From Blasia pusilla (lineage: Eukaryota), in the NCBI GenBank assembly GCA_050084515.1, contig CM114271.1, positions 4,402,001-4,466,000 on the forward strand: 64,000 nucleotides of DNA, read 5' to 3'. The position numbers were made by a program, and so were the translations under genes. The stretch's first letter is position 1. Each line of letters starts with the position of its first letter. This document shows, one piece after another, positions 26,373 through 37,791 of the stretch. Under the pieces are notes generated by a model. That model was not told the origin of the DNA, ran no database searches, and saw only the letters and a program-made list of their open reading frames with translations.

Positions 26373-28543
26373 ATCCTACCACCTAGTCGTCAGGGCCTTG
26401 AAAGGCCTTCGCTTGCTTGGCTCTGATTGGCTCGGTAATGAGTTTATTTTTTTCCGAGAAAATTTTGTACTGGTTTTCCATTTTATACCGTTATTAAGAA
26501 AAGATCTCAGGGCACGTCATTTGCCCTGCCACTATTTAGTTGCCCACACGTCACTTAGCTGATTTTCTCTGTCTTTCCCTGCACTAGTGCATGTAACTTA
26601 GGTGATTAGATCAATGTCATCTAATTCCCGAGAGGAATTTGGGGAAGTCTCCGTTTGTTGTCTGGACTGGCTAGTGAGACACGCACTGGATTTTTGGAAA
26701 TGAAGATTCGTGAGGACATTTCCAGGGGTGCTCTTTCGGAGCATTGGCGAGTTTTGGAGTTACTTCCTTCATTTCACAAATGCTCTTCAAACATATGGAC
26801 CTCTCTGAATGCCAACACGTACACCACAGGATAGACGACGTCGTTCGGAGCTGGGTTTGGGTATTCGTGTGCCATTAACGAACTAAAACCTCCAACATAG
26901 CCGAGAGGTTTTGGTTGCCTCGTGTCTAATGGCCTTGTCATTGAAATGGAGGTTTAAGCCTACTTGAAGGAAAGCAAAGTGAAGCCTTCTAAAACAACGA
27001 AAGGCCAAATGCCAAGTAATAAAAAATGACTCAACATCCAGCGATGAGTTCAACCGGAGGAAAAAAAAGAAGTGCACTGGAAAAACGAGTTGAATTGGAG
27101 GAAAAGAGTGCACTCTGGGAATGGCATCCTGTGCTCGAATTGTAAAATACAATGTGCTGCATGGCGCATATTCGGAACAGCGGACAGTTTCTAGGCTGAA
27201 AATTCCCCCATTGTCGACGGATACTAAACCCTGAAGCATATTATTCAACAATGTGTCTAATATGAACGCGTGTACAATCCACAGTTCACTCGCAGCTCCT
27301 TCGTGGCAGATACACTTCTCTCGGGACTTTTTCCCGGCTATAGGAAACGAAGTTTCTCAGTCGGCCGGTGCGACAGTCCTCATCTCTTCCGAGTCCGACC
27401 TCCCGTTCCGGGGATTGTTCTCGACCAGTCGTACACTCGTACATTCCGACCTCCCGTAACATGAAAGGGAGTCACAAGAGCAGCGCTCACACCACGAACT
27501 GGGCATGAATCGATCCGTTTCTCCCCTGGCCCATTGCATTGAACCCTAAACATTTCAGGTATCTGGTCGCACGGACATAGAGGCCCGCCTTACAAAGTGG
27601 ACGACATGGGCACATGCGCCAAGCTGCGCACAGCAGCAGACTGTCCACCTCGCCATGCAGGAAAGTGACGAGGGTATGGGTTATGGACATGAACCTAGCG
27701 AGCCATGTCTCCCCCTAAGGAGCTGCTTTTCCGCCAATAGGTCCCCCGCCAGTTAAAGATTCTGGCTCAAAAAATAATGTGCATAATCTCAATCAGCAGT
27801 GCAAGAAGGACGACATATTCAGGTTACGTCGAGCATCATCATCAGAAGTGTTCAATTTCCACAACAGTGACAATATCACGCGAAATGGTGACGAAAGCCA
27901 CACGTGTACGTGAGGCTTTTCGTCCATCACACCTTTTCAGTTCCACGACACAGAGCCTCATATTAGGTGAGAGGGTCCTCTCACATCATCATTGTAGATC
28001 TCCCTCATCAATGGGAGTCGTCCAATGTCAAACAAACAAAAACTTCGATCGACACTGTTTCTAGCCAACAATTTGCAGCACCATCTCGGTGTTTCAGCCA
28101 CCAATCTGCTCCTATCTACAGCTGCCACTTCGGTTGTGGTACTCCATCGTGTGTTCGAATTGCTGATCCTGGAGAAGAGCTCTGCTTATGCGAAGATCAC
28201 TCGACTGTTTCATCCTCTTCTCCCAGAACCACTAGACTTGGCTCATCCTAATCTTCCCAATCAAAACTGATTCCAATTCAAATCCGACGTAGAGTAAAAG
28301 ATCCCACAATCTCCAGACTTCGATCTTACAAGATAGCGGAGCTCACCATTCTGTGACATCTGCCATGAACTTCGGTGGTCTAGTCTGCAAGTGTGACCAT
28401 CTAAGCTAACGCCTCTTGCAGATGCAACATCTGGATGACAGACACACCAAGCAGCAGGAAAGAGGAGGAACAATCATAAATGAATAAGTTATTCTACAGG
28501 TCCATGGACACTATACAGGGACCGTAGCCTCATTTTGTGAAAG

Positions 28544-31500
28544 CTATTGCGGTAGTTCCCTATATCTTTTTCTAGATTTTTGAGTTAATTTACTACTGAA
28601 GTCCGACATCGCATGGAAAAATGTTTGTTGACTGAACCTCCTATTACTACTACTACTACTACTACTACTACTACGATCACCATCACCATCATCACCACCA
28701 CCACCTCCACCTCCTTCCGCAGCAATAGCAGGCTTTTGACATAGACAGTCGGGAAGAGGATTTGTGTAGAAAGCCTCTTCCGTTCTGAAGCGATCTCGTC
28801 CTTTGGTTCCTTTCAGTGGGCCTTTTCTTTTCCGAGGAGCTCCTTGTCTGCAGAAAGCGTTACGTTTTCTTCTCTCAGTACGCAATTCCAAATTCCGACA
28901 TCTCACGCACATCTCACGCTCATCGCCATTGGCGCTTTTAGCCTGCGATTTCTCCGGGAGCTTGGGAGCTGAAGTCTATGTACATCTCTACATCTCTTTG
29001 TCTCTACATGTCAGTTGTCACTGCACTGCAAAGGAAGCTGAACATTCACGCGTTTCAAATCGCCTTATCTGAGAGATCTTATCTGAGACTATTCTAAAGG
29101 AGAAGCCTGAATCGTGTTGCATGCAGCATGATTCAGAAGTCTCCCTTTTGACGCCGGGTACAATCATCACAGCTCACCTGTTGTGATGCAGCGCGACGAT
29201 GAGACTAGACAGCTCTGGACCTTCCTCGAGTTCTCCATTGTCGAGCTTATCAAAGAGTACCATGAGCTCCTTCCTGCCACGTCCAAACAGCAGCCATTAG
29301 TAACGGACGTGTACGGAGTGCTCAGGATAGCCAGAAACTTGCACATGGATCATTTTTCATTACGGTCCATGGCAAATGAAGGGGGTGGATGCATTTTGAA
29401 ACCGAAGAGATGAATGAGAAGCCCTGATAGAATATGATGGTAGTAATCAACACGACAGAAGAAGGAAGAGGAGGAAAAGCAAGGTGAGGCTGGGAAATGC
29501 AGAAGGGGGTGAGAAGGGAGTAAGGAATCCAACTGCCACATCTCGTCAATAGATAGGTGAACTAATTTTTCTTTCTTTCGAAGATCTGAACTCAAGTGCA
29601 GCAAAGGACGCGAGCGAAACTTAAAAAGGAATAATCTATAAAATGGTAAAATGGACTACACATTTGGTAGTTCATAGCAAATGATCTTCCTTTCAGAAGC
29701 ACCCACGGCTTACATAGCGTGAAGTGAATCCCATAACTAGATAAGAAGACACATCAAATAGCACTAAAAACTCGAGCACATGAGTCAATAGGATCAAACA
29801 CGATCGAACGTCCCATGGAAATATGAAAGCTGACGACATGAAAGTCGAACTCTCTCTCTCCCTCTTAGAGAACGATGAAAGCAAACATGGAGAGGTAACG
29901 TATAAGAAGACTCATAAAATAGCACTGAAAACTCGACCAAATGAGTCAAGAGGATCAATCACGATGAAACACCCATAACCCTGGATCTTGAAAAAATTTG
30001 CGTAGAGCCTGTGTGCTATGCACGAAGTTAGTAGCAATGTTATCAGTTATATTATTTTACGTAGTAAATAAAGTCCCCCATATACATTAAGTTGCCAACT
30101 CAATGTATATGTCAAGTAAAGTAATGGAAACGGAGCATCCTCAAAACGGTTAGTAAACGAAGAACCCATGGGACCAGGGAAATTGGACAACTTCGGTTAT
30201 GAAAATGGAGAACCTCTACAAGCAACTAAAGTGATAATTCACTTTGAGGCAGACGTTAAAACACACAAGAAAATCAAAATCTATATTAGTAATGAAGGAA
30301 GAGAGCTCTCTAGATTGTTCCTCCGACATCGGGGGTTCTCCAGTTTCCACAAAACTCCCAACCCCAAAAAAACTGGCTGACGAAGTGAGTGAGATGAAAT
30401 CAGATGCCAAATTGAGACAAGAATCCTCGAGCCCAGAGAACCAGTGCCTCCTCACATATTGCCCACATTCTCGAGTATGGACCTCAACTTTAAAAGGCGA
30501 TTCTTTTCATTTTTATCTTTAAGTTGTGACGCGGGTGCATCCCAGCTAGTTATCAACGAAGCACGAAAGTGAACAAGTTCAAACCACTTCCTGTCAACAA
30601 ACCGTGAAAGAGAAGCCACTTCCTGTCAACAAAGCATGAAAGTTTAAACACATCCTGTCAACAAACCATGCAAATTAAAACACGTCCAGGAAACGGGAAG
30701 AAAGGGAAGAAGTTGCACCTGTCTGGTATTATAGTCTTCCGATGGCCTAAGTATCGTCGATGGCCTTCCACGGCGCGTGCCATGTTACCGGAGTAAGATG
30801 GCACAAACACATCGCTCTCCACCGACACGATGTAGTCTAGTGCAGCCATCTGCGATGCGTGGTCCATGAACGGGGCAAGCTCCTCCGCAGTAGCAATTGT
30901 TCCCTGCGTGCGGTGGAATTTCACATGCTAAGAACGCCATACCCGTCCTCATTCTTTCGTAAGCTCTACCAGTCTAGAATCCATGCAACTACTTTCCAAG
31001 ATGTGTGAGCAGGACGAGGACGTGTAAGTTCAAGACGATCGAACTGACGACTCAGCTTACGATTGATGGATTGCGAGCGGGAGAGGGGAAGAATTCCGGA
31101 TCTGAAGGAGGAGGAAGCGAGAGGAGGTTGTAACCTTGCGGAGCAGGTTGGGGAAATGAGAGCGAAGATCAGCCATACGGTCACTGCCTCCATAGATTTC
31201 CCCCGCAGCTACGTAGATTTGGGTGTCGGGCGGGTATCCGAGAGCACTCAAGAAAATGCCGACCTCCTTGGGAGTAAGTGGGCAAAATCCCTTGGCTCTC
31301 TGCTCCGCTGCGTCTATAATTTTTACTTTCCAATGTGCTGTCGTTTCCCTGGGCACAGCCATGAAGCAATGAAGTTAAGAACCATCTCTGAGCTACCGGA
31401 TCATTCAATAAAAGATCAAAGCTTCGACATCCACAAAACATATTTTAAAATTTGAGAAAGGGCCGGAGGCTTTGTAGAGAAAGAAATCCCTGCACACCTG

Positions 31501-34500
31501 ATCGTTGTGAGCTCGTCGGCCTCTTCGTCAGTGAGTCCGTAGGTACAGCCACTGAAGGCTAGCATGTCTTTCTCATATCGTAAATGCAGCGCAATGTAAG
31601 GACCCTTGGCTCTCATTCGGTCCACCAACATCTGAATCCGATTTCCATTCCCAAGACCGAAATGAGGCAGAGAAAAAATGGTATCGGCTCTGGTGAATAA
31701 GGTGAAGGCTATGTACTTCTAAAATGTCTGAGGTATACGGGTGGGAAGAAATCATTGCTGTGTTACAAAGAAAGACCGAAAATCGAAAAAGCCTGGGACG
31801 TGCACCAGAATGATACTGAACCCTAAATAGTGGAAGGTGGTTGATGAATACAATGAAGGGTAGAGATACAACCACATGCGTCCAAATACCTTGCCAAACG
31901 CTTCAATTCGAGGTGCAAATCGAAGAGCATCATAATGAACACGACAGCGAAGTTTCTGAACATCAGGAGGTAGGTCATTGTTGGCAAGCCTTGCATCAGA
32001 TTTCAGCGCACGTATGACCTGTATCATAGTACAAGTCATTCATGTGAACGACACGGAATCGTTATTCTTCGGACGGAAGAAATGCCGAATAGGAAGGGTG
32101 CATTCTTTATTATCTCTACACAAGTCGTAAACTCGGTACTTATCAAAGAAAAGGTCTCGTAGATCAGTATTACCTGATATTCATCCCACAGCACAGCTAT
32201 CTCTTCTTCATAATACTTCACACCTGACCAGCTCCGAAACTGTCTGGCTGCCTTAGGTACTGATGCATATTCAAGAGGTAGTCTCTTCACAACAGGAACA
32301 TCGCCCCTTAGTGCTTCTATAAAATAATCCTCATCGAAGATATCTGAGAAATTACTGCAGACAGATCACAGTTACTAAGAGATTAGTGCAACACAGCACT
32401 CCAGATTGCACTAGATCTAAGAAACCTTAGCAAGATATAAAAGTCTAGCATAGTCTTCCAATTCTCTAATTCTGCTGTCCACATAAGGCCAGCACCAGGG
32501 TAAATAACTGATATCATCAGAAACGTGTATGGCTCACGAGGCTCATCGGTATGATTATTAAATCATCTTTAGAATCGTATTCTAACTAGCGCATAACTAT
32601 GAACTAGTCCAGATCTTTGGATTAAACATCTGCCTCGAATGGGATGCGTGTTCATATAGCTCAGTTGTGCAAGGGAAAGCAATTCTAACCTGGAATCTGC
32701 CCAAAATGACCGCTTATCGAGTTCGGGAATAACCAGTGTGGCATTCAGAATGCGAGCAACAGCCACCATGTCACAAATCTAGTCGTCCAAAGAAACATAT
32801 CAGCACAATAGCCCACTTAGTGACTGCAAACTAGTAATGCGATACTTTCTAAGCAAGGAGCCAAAACCACTATCTTGCAAACTCTCTATTGTTTCTATAA
32901 CCTGATCTAACGTCGAAGGTGGAAGATCTTTGTTAGTCATCGACTCTAATTATTCATTGCACGAATAATGGCTATGCATGGATGAAAAAGCAAGTGGAGA
33001 TAACCGAAGCTTCAGGACGTATCACTCACCCCAGCCCGCATCTGGTTGAGTCCACCATTACTTTGCACGAGTAAGTATCCTCTAGAAGGCAACACTGGAC
33101 CTGGCAAACGATGATTGTATAAGAAATGACAAATAATTATGTCCTGTAGGAAGTAATATTTCACAGACGTTCCTCAATTCCTAAAAGAATCTGCAAGCTG
33201 CCATGTAGAGGACGGACGTGGGACAAACACTCTCCACGCAAATTGTTCATATCGAAAACTAGATATTGTAGGTCAAGTGGACTGACCAGCATATTCTGGA
33301 CTTGGATCTACACAGGCAATGAAGTCTCGATTTGGTGGAGGCTTCCATAACTTGTGAGCAGGACACAGTCAAACAAATAACCCAAGTTTAGGAATTTCAT
33401 GCAGGGGTAGCACACCAACTGATAACAATGAGCAGTAAACACCTGCAGCAAGAAAATTGCAATCGTTGGTAGACATGTAACTTTTAGTGGAAACAAACAA
33501 GGCTTACAAAGTCTCGATAAGAAAAGATAATAGCTCACAAAAAACCTTTCCAACCAGTTCTCAAACCCTGGGACACCTATAAGGGCGACTACACCCGTCT
33601 ACCACCAGCCTTCACAGCGATGTGAGGTGGGGTCTGAATCGTTGTAAGGGTCAGTGTCAAAAGGGGTTCAGCTCTGCAACATCTCCACCTAATTACCGAT
33701 GAAACGAAGGCAGAGACAATATGTAGCGATTCATCTTACCTTATGGTAGGAATCATGATCTGCTGTGACGTTCGGGCTCGTCCCCCGGGCAATAAGTGGT
33801 GGAAGAAACTCCTGTTTCCAACTCAATTCAGTTCTTCTGCTTTGTCCTCCTAGGTTACCGCTCTGGAATAGATAAAGAGCACGAAGGGAAAAAAAAACAC
33901 CACCTTTAATACACACGCCTTAAAAAACACCACAATCTCCACTACTCTCCTACCAGACCCAACACTTGACTCATTAATAAGGACACTCCCTAACACCAAC
34001 TCCGGAATTTTGACCATAAGCTGCTCCACTTGTTGAAGGCAAAATTATCCTATGAAAAAGTGAGAAATTAGGACAAGGACTTCGGGTTGCACAGTAAGCC
34101 ACAATGCCCATGAGCCGGGGTCTTCGAGACCCATGGCACAAATACCAGTTCCGAAGTTTCCATGCTGTAGACGACATTCACAAGGTAATGTGGAAAAGTC
34201 CTCGGTTGCATGGCCGCTTCTGAAAGGAGATGAAGTTGAGAGAACACAAGATTGCACTGCCGTTGATTCGGGAGATAGGAATAAAATGTCAAAATACGAG
34301 ACTGCACTCTTTTCCCACTTTCACTCGACCGTGTTCTCCTCGAATCGAGATCTGCCATAAACGGGACACTTAACCAGTAGACGTCTAATTGCTTGGTTGG
34401 CACCCGCTGTCCATATATGGAACAAAAATGCAGGCTCTGGCCTCCTCGTACTCTGTCAACTGACATTTTCTTTGGAGATTCATCTCAACACTTTCGAAAT

Positions 34501-35229
34501 TCATATTCACTCGAAATCACTCCGCTGCATTCGCAACGAAGCAGTGACAAGAGTTGCTCATAAATGTAGGAAGCTATCCGCCGGAGGGGCGCTGTGCAAT
34601 TCTATGAAACTAGGCGGCGAACCCTAAAGTCCCTGGCCTGACCAAGCTCAGCACCTAATTCCCTAGTGTTGACAGCGGGACAAGACCCACGAGGATTGCA
34701 GGCTAACCTCGGCCTGAGGTCTGCTGAGAAAACACCGCTTTACCAGCGGCAGGAGGCGTTCAAAATCAGCAAAATCCACTGATTCAGGGAGCACTTAGAG
34801 CATGTCCCATGGGCGCCCGTTGACGATAATAATTCAATTTGTTCATCGATTCGAATCCATCCACATCAAACAATGAACTCAGCGGACACTTTATCCCGCT
34901 ACGAATCTGTGACTCCAACCGAAAACAACCAGGCGAGAATTCGCACCACCACCCGGAGAAACAGAGGAGAGAAACGCAAACTGCAAAAAATTGAGCATCT
35001 GTGAGAGGACTGGACGTAGCACCTTGGTGATCGGGTAGGTCGTAAATTGACCGCGGTTCGGGCGGAATACGGACAGCAACTCCGGGAACACATAAGTGGA
35101 CAGCAAGGCCGCGAAGGTGACGCTAAGGTAACCGCACAACCAGAGAAACCGGACAAATACGCTCCCCCCAGCTCGAGATTTGTTCCGGCGGTGCTGCCCT
35201 TGTCCCAGCGATCCCCACTGACGTTGCAT
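28544..35229 (-). CDS. GT106 / O-fucosyltransferase-family (DUF246) type II membrane glycosyltransferase
   Basis: About 12 exons: 35023-35229 (TM segment, start inferred), 33740-33862, 33287-33350 ([13 protein letters not shown]), ~33030-33100 ([17 protein letters not shown]), ~32690-32779 ([21 protein letters not shown]), ~32174-32356, ~31890-32018 ([19 protein letters not shown]), ~31498-31632 ([18 protein letters not shown]), ~31135-31349 ([20 protein letters not shown]), ~30720-30903 ([28 protein letters not shown]), 29178-29273 and 28544-28847 ([11 protein letters not shown]). Confidence 0.93.
28644..28716. repeat. Compound trinucleotide microsatellite (TAC)n/(CAC,CAT)n inside the last GT106 exon
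   Basis: Directly visible, and encodes poly-Gly/Asp and poly-Ser on the minus strand. Confidence 0.9.
29741..29976. repeat. Diverged ~75-bp direct repeat in a GT106 intron
   Basis: ATAAGAAGAC..AAATAGCACT.AAAACTCGA..A.ATGAGTCAA.AGGATCAA.CACGAT at ~29741-29816 and ~29902-29976. Confidence 0.8.
30551..30687. repeat. ~32-bp degenerate tandem repeat (3-4 units) in a GT106 intron
   Basis: The core TCCTGTCAACAAA occurs three times, near 30589, 30621 and 30653. Confidence 0.85.
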
Positions 35230-37736
35230 ATTCACGGTTCTCTTCGGATTCCAGTCTTTATCCTCTTCCCTCAGGCGGCTGCCGATCACAGCCACGCTCA
35301 CCGGGAATTACCTCACCAGGGTAGCATGGAAGCCTCCTTCATGACTTCAAGATGCTAAAGTACAGAATGTTGTGAAGTGGTAAACATACTACCAGAGCCG
35401 GAGCGAGAAGGACTCTATACATACACACGACATGTGCGGCTCTCACCTGCTCCTTTTATGCTCGTACGACCACAGAGCTGAAGATGAGCGAAGAAGTGTC
35501 GTAAGGATGGATCTTCGGTGCGTATTGAGGATGGAAAAATAAGATGATGGTGGTGGTCTGGAAGGATGGGAAAGGAATTGGAGAATACTTTTAGTGGATA
35601 TTTCAGTCACTCTCCGAAGCGACCGTGCGCTCCAACTCTGCCAAGGTCCACTGAAGATTCGCAGCGTTTCTATACGCAGTTGCCTTTTTCGACTCCCAGG
35701 ACCACGTTCTTCTGTAATGTCGAGCTCAACGCCGATTAATGCACCCTGAGAGAGGATGTTTCATATATTTCGATGTCACCGGATCTCGATCACGCTAACT
35801 CGTGGACCAAATCAATCAACCCTCACATCAAAAAAAACTTGTCAATTCGCTCTCGAAAATCTGTCTGGAAATCCTCCTCCTCCTCTTCCTCCTTCCGTGA
35901 ATCTTCGCGATTCTCCTCGCCTCATTTTTTGGCCTATGATTTTACTTGGACCTCGAGATGTAGAGGATTCCAGAACGCAAAACCCCGGGACAATCTTTCT
36001 CTATGTGATCGCTTTCTATTATGGCCTCAGCACATTCTCATCCGAAGAAAAAACCTGCGGTTACAGCAAAGTAACGTCTTTAATGAGAGAAAATGCCGCG
36101 AGATTTGGCTGCAGATTGAGGAACTCCGGCCCTTGCACACGCAAACGGGAGCGGATGCTCGGATGCAAGCTTAGTGTACATCTGTTATTTCGAAATTTCC
36201 AAAGGTCATTAGGGTACTAGTCTGTTCGCCTTGAGCCGAGACCGCATGTATGCCTGCATACATCGAGGCAGCAACTCGAAGGAAGAAGAACCACCGTAAA
36301 CGGAGCAGCATGAAGGTAGTGGACGAACTGATGGTTCATGGCGCGATTTCGCACTCGTCTCCTGCCAATGTGACGCTGGTGCTCTTCTTCCCACCACTTG
36401 GAAAAAAAGAACCGCACCAGATGTGGCGATAGCAGCGACGACGTGCAGAGTGAAATTGACGCACTTCCTTCCTGCAGTATGAAGAGTGGCCGAAAATTCG
36501 AAAATGTCTTCACTCGAAAACCGTAGAGGAGTGAATCGGTGAAGGGCACGGCACTTCGACCTCTCCAACGCCGCAATTCTGATCTCACACGGCGAAGAAG
36601 CGGGAACTACGGCGCAACGCTCCGCCGCCTGCTCTGCTCAGAGACTGCATGTACCGCCAGAGCTATAAACTCCAACTCACAAAACACCAAGCTGCACGAA
36701 ACCAAGAATTGAAATTCCACGCTCACGCAAATTGAATCTCGCACGCCAAACGTTCGAAAACGTCTGCTACAACTCCAATTCCCTGGAGCGTTGGCTGCTG
36801 CGCGCGTCCACGTCCGCAAAGGCTGAAAATCTCACTCCTCAACGCACCAAATTTCACGGGATCAACTCAAATTGAATTTCTAGCTCTTGAAGTCCCGATC
36901 CCCTATTCTTCATCGCACTATCGTGCGCTTGTTCCCATCGCGAGCGACGATTTCCTGCTCTGCACGATGCACAGAGCACCGAATCCCCCCCATTCCCTCG
37001 AGACCTGTTTTCTTTTTCCGCCCCCTGCCCCTCCTTCCCGACTTCCCGGCGACTCGCTCGTGAACTCCCCGGCGGCAGCGTCCTAATCACGGTGCTCGGG
37101 TTACAGTTAATTACCCGAATCAGTCAGTGACTGGGCGTCCTGGACTTCGGGAAAGCCGGCCTGCGCGTTTAGGACACCGGTCCTCAGGAACCGGTCATTG
37201 CCTCACCCGGGGTTACTTCCCAACCACGGATGGTTAATATTTGACTCCTTTATGTCAATCCCTCCTCCTCAAGAACGGGTCTCACAACGATTATTCATTT
37301 AAAAGTAAAAATTATTTTCAAAAATTATGAAGACAAATTTTGTTGTACGAATACGGGGGAAATCATGTTTTAATTTCTGTATCAAATCCCTCACAGGATT
37401 GTTGAGTGAAATCTACCGTCACAACAATGGTTTATATTTCATTTATTTAGTTTAGAGAAAAATGTTAAATTTTATCATTAAATATATATAATTTATATTA
37501 AAAATTTTAGATTTTCCTCCTATTTTGATACGTATCTATTTTTCCTCCTCTAATACTTACATATATAATATTTAAAAGTGTCAAGTCTATATTCCGTGAG
37601 AGGCGGGTAGTACACTAGTGTTGGAATACGGTCATTTTATGGAAAGAATCTTGTTCATCGGAATTCTCTACCATACGAAACAAATACTAAACCCTCTATC
37701 CCCAACCCTAATCTTCCAAAGCCATCGTGTTTCCAT

Positions 37737-37791
37737 CATTTTTCTAACATGGGTGCTAGAAAAAATTTCTAGCACCCATGTTAGAAAAATG
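37737..37791. repeat. Perfect inverted repeat, 26-bp arms with a 3-nt loop
   Basis: CATTTTTCTAACATGGGTGCTAGAAA-AAA-TTTCTAGCACCCATGTTAGAAAAATG. Confidence 0.95.
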
